DNA of 64,000 nt, from assembly GCA_964106645.2 (NCBI GenBank), contig OZ067041.1. One strand, 5' to 3'. A program made the translations under genes and the position numbers. The DNA comes from Podarcis pityusensis. Its lineage: Eukaryota. This document shows, piece after piece, positions 12,713-26,524 of this stretch (within the stretch, counting starts at the first letter, position 1; each line of letters starts with the position of its first letter). The notes below the pieces were generated by a model, which was not told the DNA's origin, did no database searches, and was given only the letters and a program-made list of their open reading frames with translations.

Positions 12713-15700
12713 GCCAACCATGACCTAGAGTCACCATCTCAGGAATTTGAAATCTTCTGATCTCCCCCACTGAAGACAGAAAGCATTACAGGGCCACAGA
12801 TGTGATCATTGGACAAATTAAGGGGAATAGTTTTGTTTTACCTATATCCCCACCCAAGTCTCTTCTCCTGAAGTTTCTCAGGATGATGTGTTTATACCCA
12901 GTCCCTAGGACACCGACTTGTTCTCCCCTCGACTCTCCATCTCTATAACCAGGACTTTGCTGCTTTGGCAACTTCAAAATTCTGCCCTTCAGTACCTCAG
13001 ATTTTTTGCTTAGAAGAGCTGGGTTCTGCAACCTGTGGGAAGTGCTCAAATCAAGCACCTACTTGCTGGTTTTGAGTAACGCATTTTCATTCTGTAGTTA
13101 AGTCATAGCCAAGGGAAGATGGTGCATCTTGTTCCAGGTTCCCTCTGACTGCCCCTGCCACTTTCAGAGATTCCCCAGGCATTGGCAATGACATGAAATT
13201 ATAAAATGCCCCCATTTACGTAACTCTCTCGTATGAAAAAGAAGAAGAACATTTAAATGGTTTGTAACAAACACCAACAAGTCTTGGGCACACACGCAAG
13301 TGAGCCAACTAGAGAATCAGACTATTCAGGGCAGCAGAAAAGGCTGATTTTTGCAGACTAATAACCCCAGTTATTGGCCTAACATTTTAATCGTTTTGTT
13401 CCAATGGCTTGTTTCTCACAGAATTAGCAACAATGAATGGCTAAAATACCTCAGATCATATATGTCTAATTGCAGTCAAGAGCAGCTCTTGTCTGCATGT
13501 ACATTTCAATTTACCTCTGGGGATAATGTTTGTTAATTGTATTTCTTTTATATGCTGGTGGTGGAGGGGGGAGAAAGCTGCTTACTCAAAAAGGGGCTAA
13601 GTGTTCCCTTCTATCCCTTTGTTCGCACAAGAAGCTAAAGTCACTTCAAGAGGCACTTAATCCCATCATCCATGGTTACAATTGCCTTACAGCGTCAGTC
13701 AAAAAGAATCCGAAGTAAATGCAGCTATATTATGTAATTAAAAGAAATTCAGGTAGTTATTGCCAGGGGCACTTTCCAGGTCCAAATACCTAAAATGGCA
13801 CTGCAGGGATCCTAAATACTGTAGTGTTTTAAATCTGGTCAACCACAATATCGCACAGATCAAGAGGAGGAATATGCAGAAAAGGAAAACGCCTCTCTCC
13901 TAGTGTGCATTGTGAAGCAAGAGGAAAGAGGAGGGACTTTCTGACCTTTGAAGTGGCAAGAACCTACAGAAGCCCATCTGAAACGGGGAAATAAAAATAT
14001 CAAGAGGAAGAGAAACAAACAGACTTATTACAGAAGGCCCCAGTTCCAATTGTAATTGTTAAAAACGATGTAATATATAAAAAATTGAATCATCTTTAAT
14101 GCTTTTGTTCAGCTTATCCAATGTTCAAAACACATATTTCCTTCATTATTGCAGAGGAGCCTGGCATAGCATTTGATAGCTGCCTATAAAGCGCTGATCT
14201 GAAAGAGATTTACTAGAAAGTTTAGCGTCACGAGTCTAAAGTTAATTTCAAGGAATTGGTGGCCAATTAAGGAAGCAACATGTTTGATATCCAGATGTTT
14301 CACAGCAGTTGATCTAGCAACTCCAAATGGTGTGGATTTAGCAACATTCTCTAATTAAGTTGATACAGAAACCAAAACCATGCCAACCAACATATCAAAC
14401 ACACACCTTATATATATGGTTTTCCTGCTTTCCCCCCTTATAACAAACAACTGCTTGGAAGTTTTGTTTTTTCAAAGCAATGTCACAGCCTCCTTTTCCA
14501 TCTAAAAATGCCAATCAGATCATTTCAGTGGAAGATTAGATGCTGCGTTCTGAGGGTTTGGGGAACTTGAGCTTTTAAAAACACAACCTTAGAAACACCA
14601 TTCAGTTCATAATATGGCCTCCATAATGAGCCTCATATTCTGCTGCAAATAAGAGACTGACTCTGCTAAAACAGATGGGCACAAACAGGTTCAAGCCGAC
14701 TGTAAGTGAAATCAGCACTAAGGACAGTGTCTCCAGTTGAAACTGCCTACAATGATTAAAATAGCTATTACAAAAGCCCGAGAAAGTACACAGTCCAGTG
14801 CAAGCAACAGAAAAACACGGGGGGAAGGGGTTAGTAATGCTGTTTTTAAAAAATAACCCCAGCAATGACAAACCCTGGATCTCAAAAGAACAGATTGGGA
14901 TCGGTGACACCACAGAGCAGTTGCCTGCTGGAAAACCAAACCGGTAGCAAGAGAGAAAAAGGGAGGCTTCCAAGTGACCCTCTGCAAATAAACTGCTAAA
15001 ATAGGTAGGTTTATTCTTACTGGAGATATAAGAATATAAACGGTGCATGAAACATTACTGGTTACCTTGCTGTTGTTTTAAAGGATGCACAACAAGGCAG
15101 CAGAGAACCCGAGCTGAAACAATAACACCAATCAAATGTTTTAATCTAAAGTCTTTGTTTATTTTTTGTGGCACTTTAACAACATCCTCCATACATTTAC
15201 TTGGATGCTAAGTTTCCTGATTTCAAATGGAACCTAAGTCTGCTTATAACTGTAGGCTTCAATTATTTTCTCCCGCTTGATGTCACAATATAATTAATTT
15301 AAAAATGATGTATATAGAAAAAAGGGTTTCCTTTCAAGGAATGATAGGACTAACTACAAACCGAAAGAGAACTGACAAAGACCTAGAATAATTGATCTCA
15401 ACCATAAAATGATGAAGTACTACCATAGGTTAAATAGTTAACCAAGACCACTCCCCTCCCACTAGGTCTAACCCCTATGACCTTTCCTTTAACTCATCAA
15501 GTAAATAATCTCCATGATACTGACATTGCGGTTTGCAAATATCAAGGGCTCTTCCAAACATCTTTTCATTTAAAGCAGAGAAGGACACAATTTGGAAGCA
15601 GTGCAATTTAATTAAAGTTGCTTTTATTGAATTGTTTTCAAAGAAAGCTAAGCACTCTCACACAGGAGACCGAGGCAAGTAATTTGTTGAGAAATTAAAA

Positions 15701-15851
15701 AAAGGAAAGCTGTAAGACTTGGGAGTAAGAGTCCTGGGTTTCAATGGAATTTAAGTAAGGCAGTTCTCTTTAGCCCTCTAGGAAAGTAAGTTGAGATCAA
15801 TTACTTCCAGGTACAAATTCTTTGATATAGATTGATATGATTCTTATAACT

Positions 15852-16306
15852 CTGGAGTCACCAACCTTTCTGGACCAGGGACACATTTCAATTTTTGGGA
15901 GAGTGTTGGGGGTGCCAGTCACAAAATGGCTGCCATGGGGGAGGATGGCATAACTCAAAATTAGAGAGAGAATTACACTGACAACCTTATGCTTATCACA
16001 GGAAGTAAGCAATGTCCTGACTGTGGACATCAAACAATAGTGATTGTACACACACACTGATGGTGTTGCCGCCTAACAACAAGGGGGAGCGTTTCTCAGT
16101 ACCATGGAAAATGGCATATCACACTCTTAATTTCACAGAAATTGCTTAGAAGGTACCTGCACATTTTGCCCCACAAATTTATTTTTAAGAGAACTGTTTT
16201 TTCTTTAAAAAACAAACAAACTCAAAACTGGGGAACCTCCCTGGGGCATCAATTAAATCTTTCATGGGCACCACGGTGCCCACAAATGTCAGGTTGGCAA
16301 CCCCTG
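15852..16306. mobile_element. hAT (Charlie-like) non-autonomous element
   Basis: Ends CTGGAGTCACCAACC / GGTTGGCAACCCCTG. Imperfect 8-bp TSD TTATAACT / ATATAACC. Confidence 0.65.
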
Positions 16307-17993
16307 ATATAACCCAACAAAAATACCATTTAGGCGCCCATCCTATACCCACTTACTTAGGAGAAAGTCCTATTTAATTCAACTGGACTTACTTGACTAG
16401 ATATACATAGACATTGTTAGCTGATAAGTGCCACAATCTCTCTCACCCATTTTTAACAATTTCACCATTTCATTAGCTTCTATCTGATTAAACTAGAAGA
16501 AATGAAGAAAACATGCATTTGTATGACCATGCTATTTTCAAATAAAATACCTAATAATGGACATGAATCTGATATTAACTGAGGATCCAGAATATATGGT
16601 ACTGTTGTTTCGATTCTGTCAAAAGCTGCAATTCTGTTTCTATTCTACATAGCCCAGTCTATTCAAATGCCGTGCAGTCCTTGCTCGCATCAGTTTAATT
16701 TTTGCCAAGTAAGTTATATCTAATATGAATGGACATGGCTGATTTCGTGACACAGAGCTATCCACCAAAATGTTATAAACTTGACATAAAAAATAAGTTA
16801 ACTGACAGAAAGGTTAGTGAACATGCTGATGATGTTAAACTATGGCTTCCACTGCATATGTAGAGTACACAATAATACAAGTCACCGACAGGCTGATAGT
16901 CATAAACAAAAGTCATTCTGTATTTTCATTCACCACCTGCATTTTGAAGTAATTTGCATTGGTTAAATCCATGTAGGTTAGATCTATCAATGACTACAAG
17001 CCCGGTTGGCTAAGTGCAACCTCTTTATTCCAATTTAACATGCCTCTGATAACCAGGTGGTTGGAATAAGTTTGAGATGGCTATCATCTCTGTAGCCTGA
17101 TTGTGGATTTCCAAGGGCATCTGGCTGGAAAACTATGGAAAACTATGGGAAAAGCAGCTGGAAGCTATTGGAATATTGAGCTAAACTGGCCCTGGTGTGA
17201 TACAAGCAAAGCATGTTCTGATAACTGTAATAGCAATGCATTACTTCACAACTGAATAAATGGAAAATATATTTTTGAGGGGGGAAATGTATTGAAATGA
17301 CTTAAATTCATTTAACAACCCACCCCCCATATCCAAGAACTGAAACAAGTATGAAGCAGTATCCTCACATATTTAATAAAATATTATTTTATCTATCGCA
17401 CAACGACTCTCAAGTACAATATAACAATGGCTTATCAAATCCCCGAGGCTGCTAAATTCTCAATTAGCAATTCTCAATCAAAAGGATCCTTCCCCTTTCT
17501 TTCTATCTATCCCAAGAGTCAGTCTCTCATTGTAATTAATTTTTCAGGGCTTTTAATTATAGAAATGGAAAATCATACTCAAGTTGTATTAACTGGAAAA
17601 GAATGATACGATATCCCATGAGTTTACTACATACTTCGCAATTCACTCTTTACAGAAACCTTTTAATAATAATTACAGGCATAATAAGCAAGATAAATAC
17701 CATATTAGGCTCCATAACTGAGCCCCAATAGCATGTTATGAAGATGGATATTCTGGATCATTTTATAAGGATACTGAGGTAGTACCTGCTCTGAAATAAC
17801 TGCACCACACGTAATACCAAGGTGACAAAACAGTGCAGAATTAAGAATGCATAGTTCCAGTTACTTGTTTGAAAAAAGAACCTAGTCTCAAGAGTGCACA
17901 GCAAAGTCCTGAAAACACAATCCTGGCTCAAACAGCATAATGCTCATCTCAGTAATTCTGACAACAACCCTGTAAGGTAGGTTAGTAGTATTA

Positions 17994-18212
17994 CAGTAAC
18001 TTACGAGGGGGTTACGTTCTGGGCATTGTACCTAATGCCAAAATCGTGTATGGTCAAAGAGACATTGGGTTCAATGGTAGGTGAGCTTGCCAAAGTTTCT
18101 CCCCCGATGCCCGCCCCCTTCCCAGCCCCTTTTAATTAAAACTTCTTTTTTTGGCCAAATGTGTAAAGCTGAATGTGCACAAGTAAAATGCATGTAAATT
18201 GTGGGCTTATTG
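17994..18212. mobile_element. Older Tigger-like MITE nested in a MIR/Ther1-core SINE
   Basis: TA|CAGTAA...TTATTG|TA. The flanks join into the MIR core acaacaaccctgtaaggtagg...ttcccatttagcag...gctgagg. Confidence 0.6.
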
Positions 18213-18321
18213 TATTCCCATTTAGCAGCTCAAAGCTGAGGGTGACAGAGTAATGACTTGCAAGTTGTACGTTGATAGCTGATTAAATGAAGGGAGCAAC
18301 CCCATACACAAGAAGCTGACA

Positions 18322-18675
18322 TAAAGGTAAAGGTAAAGGGACCCCTGACCGTTATGTCCAGTCGTGGCCGACTCTGGGGTTGCGGCGCTCATCTCGCTTT
18401 ATTGGCCGAGGGAGCCGGCGTACAGCTTCCGGATCATGTGGCCGGCATGGCCACTTCTGGCGAACCAGAGCAGCACACGGAAATGCCGTTTACCTTCCTG
18501 CCGGAGTGGTGCCTATTTATCTACTTGCACTTTAACGCGCTTTCGAACTGCTAGGTTGGCAGGAGCAGGGACCGAACAACGGGAGCTCACCCCGTCACGG
18601 GGATTCGAACCGCCGACCTTCTGATTGGCAAGCCCAAGAGGCTCTGTGGTTTAACCCACAGTGCCACCCGCGCCC
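18322..18675 (-). mobile_element. Sauria SINE
   Basis: (ACCTTT)n tail, B box GGTTCGAATCC, high identity to the other copies. Confidence 0.95.
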
Positions 18676-19114
18676 CACCAGCATAAAGTAACACCAGATC
18701 CAAAGTCCATTTAGTATTGCTGGCTGAATTGGTCTGAGCCTGGCAGAAGAAAAGCAAGACTTTAAAATAGGGTTTTAAGTTACACCAGCCTTTTTTCCCC
18801 TCTGGCTTAACTTACTCCTGGTTGCCAAGTCACAAGACTGCGCTGAATAGGCTTAGGATTCAGCCTAAGTCCCTCTGGTCCCACCACAACCCTTTTGGGG
18901 GGTTTACAGCCTCTTAAGATCCATCAGATTCTGCTCTCTCAAGTGGGTACTGGCTGCACCTGGATGGGGGAGATATGGGAGCGTTATCTCCAGATAAGCT
19001 GAGGATGAGGGAATTAAACCAGTGTGGCCTGGGCTGGACCAGGAATCTCCACGTTCAGCCAGAGGGCTGTTGAATCCTAGCCTTGCTCGTTAATTTTATT
19101 CCATAAAATAAACT

Positions 19115-19280
19115 TGGCCCAGTGGCAGATTGGCAACTAGTGCCAACTTCTGAGCACAGGTATTATATGCTTACAAGACCTCATTCCTGTCAGCAATCGT
19201 GCCGCAGCATTCTGCACTAACTGCAGCTTCTGGATGAAGCGCAAGGGAAGCAGTAATCCACATTGCAGTAATCCACCCTT
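19115..19280 (-). mobile_element. L2 ORF2 fragment
   Basis: Translation LPLRFIQKLQLVQNAAARLLTG...HIIPVLRSWH is homologous to 52564-53208. Confidence 0.8.
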
Positions 19281-20984
19281 GATGTAATCAATGCATGAAC
19301 TACTTTGGCCAGGCTCTCCTGGTCCAAGAATGACTGCAGCTGTCGAACCTCGATTCCCCATAAACCCAGAAGCTCTTGGTACAGGATTGCTCCCTAAGGC
19401 CCTCCAAGTCGATGATTTAGTTCCTTTGATAGTCAATCAGTAGCAAAGCTAGAACTGAATCCATCAGACTTATAACTGTTTTCAACCCTTTTAAACTATA
19501 ATTGTTCCAGGGAATTACAACCAAAACCAAGACACAAAGTAAGCACAAACGCAGATGGTGGCCAAGGATCAATATAATCTACAATAATAAAAGTAGACAC
19601 GGCTTGATTCAAACAAGTAAATTAGCAATTAGCAAATTTTAAAAAACCACCCCCCTTCAGTCCCAAGGGTCATTTGCAATAAAAAGAATAAACAAACACT
19701 TGTGTGTGTAAGGTGTTATTTTTTAAAAAACGAAAACTAAACAGCTCTAAAGGCCAACTTGCTCACCACAGCTATTTTTGTGTGTCAACTTACAAAGTAC
19801 ATATGCCCGTATTATGCACACAGCGGGAGTCTCTTATCTGTCTTTCACAGGTGCCATTAACTTACGTGGCTATGATTGCTACTATCCACATCCATTTGGG
19901 TAACAGTGGAACACAATAAAAACCAATTGAAACTTGCTCTAAATGTTAAGAACCAAAAGTTGTTCTGTTCCCAGCAGGTCCTAGTTTCCTGGATCTTCTC
20001 TCCTCTTTTTTTTTTAAAAAAAACAGAAACCTATAGGCAGAATTCCATCATCAGCACCTTCCAACACTGAATCTGTCTAGTCCCCTTTCCTTTTTTCTTC
20101 CTTAAAATCAGATCTACAAAGCCAACCTCCTCTTCTTCTAGATCGTTCTCAGTGACAGAGAGTGAAGGAGATGGAGACAAGCCCATTGCACCGAAGACAT
20201 GCCTAATTTGCCCATGAAAAGTGTTAAAAGGTAATCCAGCCTCTCTAGGGAGTAAAAGCATTTTAGGCACTCACTGTCATTAATTTAAAGTGCAAAGGAT
20301 GGGGCCCAGTAACAACCGAGGACACAAAAGACCCCAGGATAAGAAACTGGCTGAAGAAGAACACAATGTGATTTTTGTTTCTGGCTACACACCCACAATG
20401 CTGGCTGCCAAACTTCTTTCACATTGTGGGTTGGAACGTAAATCCGATGATTTCAACAGGACTGACTACTGAGGATCTAGGATTCAAAGAATGAAGCCAC
20501 TAGTTCAGATCACCCAAGGGTGCTTTCGAGCTCAGGGCTATCAAACTGCAGCCCACACTGCAAAAGCAGTTCCTGGGACGGCTTAGAGGACTGCAGTTCA
20601 AAGAGGGGAAAGGACAAAAGGCTTGTCAAAAGTCTTGGCTGTGCTTGAAGCTGAGCACCATAGAGAGCTTCCTTGCACCAGATCAGACTATTTGTTACCC
20701 CAGCTCAGCATCGTCCACTATGGTCTCAGACGGGGGTCTTTTATCTCACGTGCTATCTGACCCTTTCAACTGGAGATGACAGGGACCTTCTACAAGCAAA
20801 GCATCTGCACTGAGCAATGAGCCCACCTAAATACGATGGTCAGCACTTTGGGTTCTGCCCATAGTATTTAAGCTTGTCGGAATGAATAGCAAGCCTTTAC
20901 TTTCATGGAGGAAAGGCAAAAGGTGAAAACAGGGACATCATTGTGTTAGGGGGCTTAGGCTGCTCCATGCCTCTGATATTATTA

Positions 20985-21170
20985 TAATAATAATAAATTT
21001 TTTTAAAAAAATTATACCCAGCCCATCTGGCTGAGTTTCCCCAGCCACTCTGGGCGGCTTCCAATCGAGTGTTAAAAACAATACAGCATTAAATATTAAA
21101 AACTTCCCTAAAAGGGGGCTGCCTTCAGATGTCTTTTAAAGATAAGATAGCTACTTATTTCCTTCACATC
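20985..21170 (-). mobile_element. L2 3' tail (young lacertid-type)
   Basis: Reverse of ...gaaggcagccc...gccgcccagagtggctggggaaactcagccagatggg...(ATT)n, as at 53100-53328. Confidence 0.85.
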
Positions 21171-23139
21171 CTTGCCACACTTCCTCCTGCATGTGTTGCC
21201 TTTATCCTGGGTTCTTCATGATGCCAGCCTGTGACGCAATGTTGGGAGCAACTGGGATAGGTAGATAGGTAAGATGTACTGGAATTATACTGCTGTACTC
21301 AGATGGCTTCTCCATGTAGCAAAGGGGCAAAACACTAGGTTTGGTTTTGCTCGGAAGGAGCTCACTAGAGGCATGCCCAGTTTCAAGTATTTCCTCACCA
21401 TTTGCAAGACTTAAGGAAGGTCATCTAACAATTCTTATAGAAATACATCCAATGGATGTGGCCACTGGAATATCCCAGGCTATTAACACTAATGACTCAA
21501 GGTTACCAGTGTCCTATTCACAGGAATCTGATAGAAACAACACTGCATTGTTACATGTTATTTTCTTTAACATGAAGCAACCTGACCACACCACTTCCTC
21601 TCCTTCGCCACCTTGACCCAGAGGCACAAGCTGACAGGTGTGTCCACTGGAGGGTGTCCATTAACAATGAGGTATAAAGAACAGAAAGATGAGAGCCAGG
21701 ACAAGGATTAAACTCTTTCAGTAATCCACCAAGGAGACAAATGAGTCATATGATCCTAAAAAGGGCTGGTTGTGAGATGTAGAGAGAAGGCTGAGGAATC
21801 TCAAAATGGCCTCCTTCAGGTGCAAACTTCTTCATGTGCAAATGGCTTTAGATACCTATTAGGTCCATAAATTACCATATAGCATATATTCAACACAAAA
21901 AACAGTAACAATTTGTTGTTGACTAAGGACAGTTGGACATATAAAGGGCCCCATTACCTTCAGTAGCTTAGGGCCTCATCAAACCTAAATTCGGCCCTGG
22001 TTAATGGTCTGATTCAGCATAAGGTGACTGAAAATATCTACTTCTTCATGGCTTGTTCAAGTTGGTCCAGTTATTGAAGCCAATGCATTCTTATTACCTT
22101 GGATGCAATCCACAACAGTTGCTACCTGAAAATGTGCAAGGCAACCTACAGAAAAGGTCCCAAGCAGCTCTGTTTGTGAAATTTCTCACAACGTGCTATC
22201 AATTCTTTGGAATAACCCAATCTGGAAGGACCTGTCTCTTAGGGTCCATACCTTTTTGTCCTTTGCCTGTCCCTTAGCAGATGGGGTAAAGTATCTAGAC
22301 CAAAGTTAATCCACTGCAGACTTTTTCACAGTATCATTGCAGATGACGGCTGGAAGCAATAGTTTATGTGGCTTCACAATGTTTGCTGTGTTGCTCTATG
22401 GCAGAAACCTGAATAATTATGCAGATTCTGGTCATGTGTCTCTAAAAGGTTTACCAATTCTGACTTGTTGCCTGCACATATATCATAGTTGCTGGAGAGC
22501 ACAGGAGGAAAAAGATGATTCTCGTGTTTGAATAACTGCTCAATATTAATATCATACCACAGATTCACCAGGAAAAGCCTTGAAAAAGAGTCTTCAGGTA
22601 GTTTTCTTATTACTTCTTCTCGTCTGGTGCACTGAAAGAAGACATTTTCCTGGGTATGAGCTCCTGTTAGCAAGTTGTTCCTCAACAAAGGGGCTGTACA
22701 GATTTTTTTAAAATGTTATTTTATTTTACCAACTCTCTCTGTGGAAGCTGTCCTCTCAAGAATTTCTTTGTCTGCAATGACCCAGATGCCAATAACATCA
22801 AGGTCTTGACCAGTTTCCATGAACGGATTGCCAAGCTCTGTGAAGCAATCCCTCACATATTTTCCCCCTTGCTGATTTAAGGACACTACAACTTCTCAGT
22901 TAGTTCATGTTTTTCTAGACTACCAGAAAAAAGGCACACACAGAGGAATAATAATAAAATGGCATGAAGGGGTGGGAGAGCAGGGGGGGGAAGGCCAGCA
23001 GCCCTCGTGAGAGTCTTTGGGTGTAGGACAGGTTGCTAGAGACAGCGATCGGAGGAGGCAAGAAAGACTTGTGGAGGGGTTTGGAAAGACAATGGAGGGG
23101 TTTGCAGTGCAGAGGAGGTGGTTCGCAGAGCTTCAGACT

Positions 23140-25090
23140 GCAGAATGGCCTCAGAATGCAAGACATAATCATTGTCATCAGCTGCTGAGAAACCAAAGAA
23201 GAAGAGAAGTTGTCTGTGCTGGACTACTTGAGGGTTGGCAAATATGTGCGTGTTGTGGCATGCAGGTTCGGCTGCATGAGGAGATCTGTGGGGCTGTGGC
23301 AACAATTGCAAAGGTGACCGGCCAGGTCAGATCAAGGCTTTGGTGAACACGGAGAAGGCACTGAACTTGTGGCTGGAGAGAAGAAGAGTTTGGATTTGAT
23401 ATTCTGCTTTATCACTACCCTAAGGAGTCTCAAAGCGGCTAACATTCTCCTTTCCCTTCGTCCCCCACAACAAACACTCTGTGAGGTGAGTGGGGCTGAG
23501 AGACTTCAAAGAAGTGTGACTGGCCCAAGGTCACCCAGCAGCTGCACGTGGAGGAGCAGAGACACGAACCCGGTTCACCAGATTATGAGTCTACCGCTCT
23601 TAACCACTACACCACACCGGCTCTCACTACATGAACCAGAAACATGAACCAGAAACATACTTCTGTGGACGGCAGCATCTTGCACCAAAAGCCTCTATGA
23701 CCACTTCAAACCTTCCACCCACAGATGGGGACCAGCCTGCCAAGGAATTGAAAGCCAGCCCAGGTTGGCTTAACGGCTTTAAGACCCATTTCAACCTGAA
23801 GAACATCCAAACAACAGGGGAGGTTGCAACCACAGACAGACAGGCTGCAAAGAAGTGCAATGCACCACTAACGTGGCTGCTGGACGACAAGGCATACCTT
23901 CTAGAGCAAGTCTTCCGACGCAGACAGGGGCTTTTCTGGAAGAAAATGCCTGAGCAGACTTACATTGCCAAAGCTGAAAAGCAAGCCCTTGGCTTCATCA
24001 CTGCAAAGGATCGAGTGACTGTGCTGCTCTGTGGCAATGTGTCTGGTCACTTAAAGCCAGGCTTGCTATACAAACCACCCTGTGCCCTAAAAGGCAAGAA
24101 CAAAAATCTGCTTGCTGGGTTTTGGCAATACAACAAAAAGCCCTGGGTGACTTCATCATCATTTCTGGAATGGTTCCACTACATCACTCCAGAGGCATTA
24201 CCTTGAGGAGAAGCACCTGCAGATTAAAGTGATGCTGCCAGTGGACAATGTTCTTGGGCATCCTGATGGACTCCACTTTGCACACAGTAAGGGAGAGGTT
24301 TCTCCTGCCCTGTATCCCCCAATACAACCTCCCTCATCCAGCCTCTGGATCAAGTTGTGATTTGCTGCTTCAAGGCTGCTTACGCGAAGCTCACCTTCTC
24401 CTGAATGATCAACGCGATGGACGCTGATCTGGATTGTCCATTGCATCACCTACGTCAAGCAGGCAGTGGATGCAATCAAGCCTGAAACGGTGAGTGCATG
24501 CTGGTGGGACGTGTGGACGGAATGGGTGCACAAATTCAAGGGATTTCCAAGCATTGCCACTGTGGTGGGAGAACATTGTGCAGATGGCCAGGCACGTTGC
24601 TGCTGGTGGCTTTGTTGACGCCACTCAGTAAGAAGTGGAAGAGCTAATGGAGGCCCAACAGGTATTGAAGAGTTACAAGAACTTGCCAGATCAAGCTCAG
24701 AATACAAAGCTGAGGATGAGGATGGTGAGCATGATCCAGCAAGCTGGAACCTGCATAAAATTTTCGAACTCTTCCAAGTCATAAATCATGCAAATGATCT
24801 GTTTGCACAGTTTGACCATGGAGAGCAGCCTTAAGACGATCTGTGGCATCACAGGCACTCTGAGACGGTACAAGGAAATGTTTGATGAGCTCAAGAGACA
24901 ACAGCAGCAGCAGCAGCTGCCAATCACCACCTTCCTCACAAAGAAACCAGCAGCAGTAGATGTGTCCAGACAACCCACCTCTGGATCTGAACCACAGCCA
25001 AGCACTTCTGGCTACTGGTCAACCCCCCTAGTCTTCATATCATCTGCAGCAGCATCCAGTGAGGGAGAGGAGAAAGACGACTGAGAAGAC
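23140..25090 (+). pseudogene. Decayed Tigger/pogo-family (TIGD1-like) transposase, interrupted by a SINE
   Basis: Frameshifted pieces: KPKKKRSCL..VLDYL; LVNTEKALNLWLE; KASPGWLNGFK..GE; WKKMPEQTYI..KDRVTVLLCGNVSG; VDNVLGHP; NTTSLIQPLDQVVI; C-terminal RYKEMFDELKRQ..LPITTFL. Stops and frameshifts present. TIRs not resolved. Confidence 0.9.
23378..23625 (-). mobile_element. Squam3-like (MIR/Ther1-derived, tRNA-head) SINE with CTT tail
   Basis: 5' GAGAGCCGGTGTGGTGTAGTGGTTAAGAG (A box), GGGTTCGTGTC (B-box-like), core gggtgaccttgggccagtcac, tail ...aaatccaaactcttcttc. Confidence 0.85.
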
Positions 25091-25949
25091 TGAGAGCTGC
25101 ATTTGTCCTTCACCAGTAAGTGTAGCAATTTTTTTTAAAAAATCACAATCTGCTGGGAGAGAAACAAACCACGAGGGCTGGTTTGCTAAGGCAGTACAGT
25201 GGTTTGTTTCCTCTAGGCTTGGCAAAGGGTGGAGCAGGGTGAGTACAACTTGAGCAGAACGCACCTGCGCATTGTTTATTCATAGTTCATTTCAGACTAT
25301 GGCTTCCCATGATGTTTGGATGGTACCAATGCCTTGTTTATAATAACTTTTATTTGTACTTACCATGAATAATTTAAAGCCAGGAAAACTACCTGTATTC
25401 ATTATCACCTGGACTAATGTATGTCAGCTTATTTGCACCTATGTTTGATGAAAAATGCTAGATAAATTTTAGGATCATGGGTATTTCCAATAACAAACAA
25501 ACAAATAAACAAACAAAAACAAACAAACATTTTTATGAGGTCTGATACTATACCTCTGCCCTACATAAAAACGAAGCCTAACTAAATTTCCTGACAGCTC
25601 AGAAAATATATTTTCATCATATATAGGTATTATACAGCTATCTCACTTCAGACGTTCTGAATGCACTAGCAATGGTACAAATTCGGAAGCAAAACAGTTG
25701 GTATCTATATATATGGGGTTGAGCTGCCGGAGCTTGTTGAGTTTTTTGTTTTGTTTTTTAAGGGGAAGGACTTCTCTTATTTGCCCACTTGCCCCACCGT
25801 TGCAGAAAAAATTGTAAACTTTCCCTGCCGCCCGCCGCCTCTGCTGTGCAGCCCTGAACACAACACTACAGAGGTGCTGGAATGCAACTCAGTTCCAGTG
25901 AGTTTCAGCTGAGAAAAACCCCTGCATATATGTATGCAAAGTTCCAATA

Positions 25950-26198
25950 TAGTGGTACCTCGGGTTAAGTACTTAATTCGTTCCGGGTGGCCGTTCTTAA
26001 TCTGAAACTGTTCTTAACCTGAAGCACCACTCAAGCAGGAGGCTAATGGGGCCTCCCGCTGCTGCCGTGCCGCCGGAGCCCGATTTCTGTTCTCATCCTG
26101 AAGCAAAGTTCTTAACCCGAGGTAATATTTCTGGGTTAGCGGAGTCTGTAACTTGAAGCGTATGTAACCTGAAGCGTATGTAACTCAAGGTACCACTG
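25950..26198 (+). mobile_element. Tigger/pogo-type MITE (family A, copy 2)
   Basis: TA|(T)AGTGGTACCTCGGGTTA...AAGGTACCACTG|TA. Confidence 0.9.
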
Positions 26199-26290
26199 TA
26201 CTAGGTATAAATTCAGTTGTATGGTAGCAACCAGTACCCATGATGACAAAATGTCAGCAGTATTACGTAATAAATAGGTACAGTTGAGGT

Positions 26291-26524
26291 CAGGGCTGGC
26301 CCAGGACATTTTGCTGCTTGAGGCAAAATGCCCCCCATCTCACAGATCTGAGTCTGCGCCACTGCACTTTCTCTGCCCATGCCACGCTGCTGCCACACAC
26401 CTTCCCCGCTGCCATGCACTGCCACAGCCCAGCAGGTTGGTTCAGCAGTGGTGAGTGGCACAGTCCTTGGGCCCATATCTGCCGCCTGAGGCAACAACCT
26501 TATCTCACTTTATCAGCTGACCTG
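26291..26524. mobile_element. hAT MITE
   Basis: CAGGGCTGGC...GCTGACCTG with perfect 8-bp TSD GTTGAGGT. Confidence 0.85.

Noticed and set aside
23540-23625. tRNA gene (also at 11955-12020)
   Set aside because: A and B boxes are present but continue into SINE bodies; there is no full cloverleaf or poly-T terminator.
23631-24206. Domesticated TIGD-type gene
   Set aside because: Multiple frameshifts, stops and a SINE insertion show a decayed transposon.
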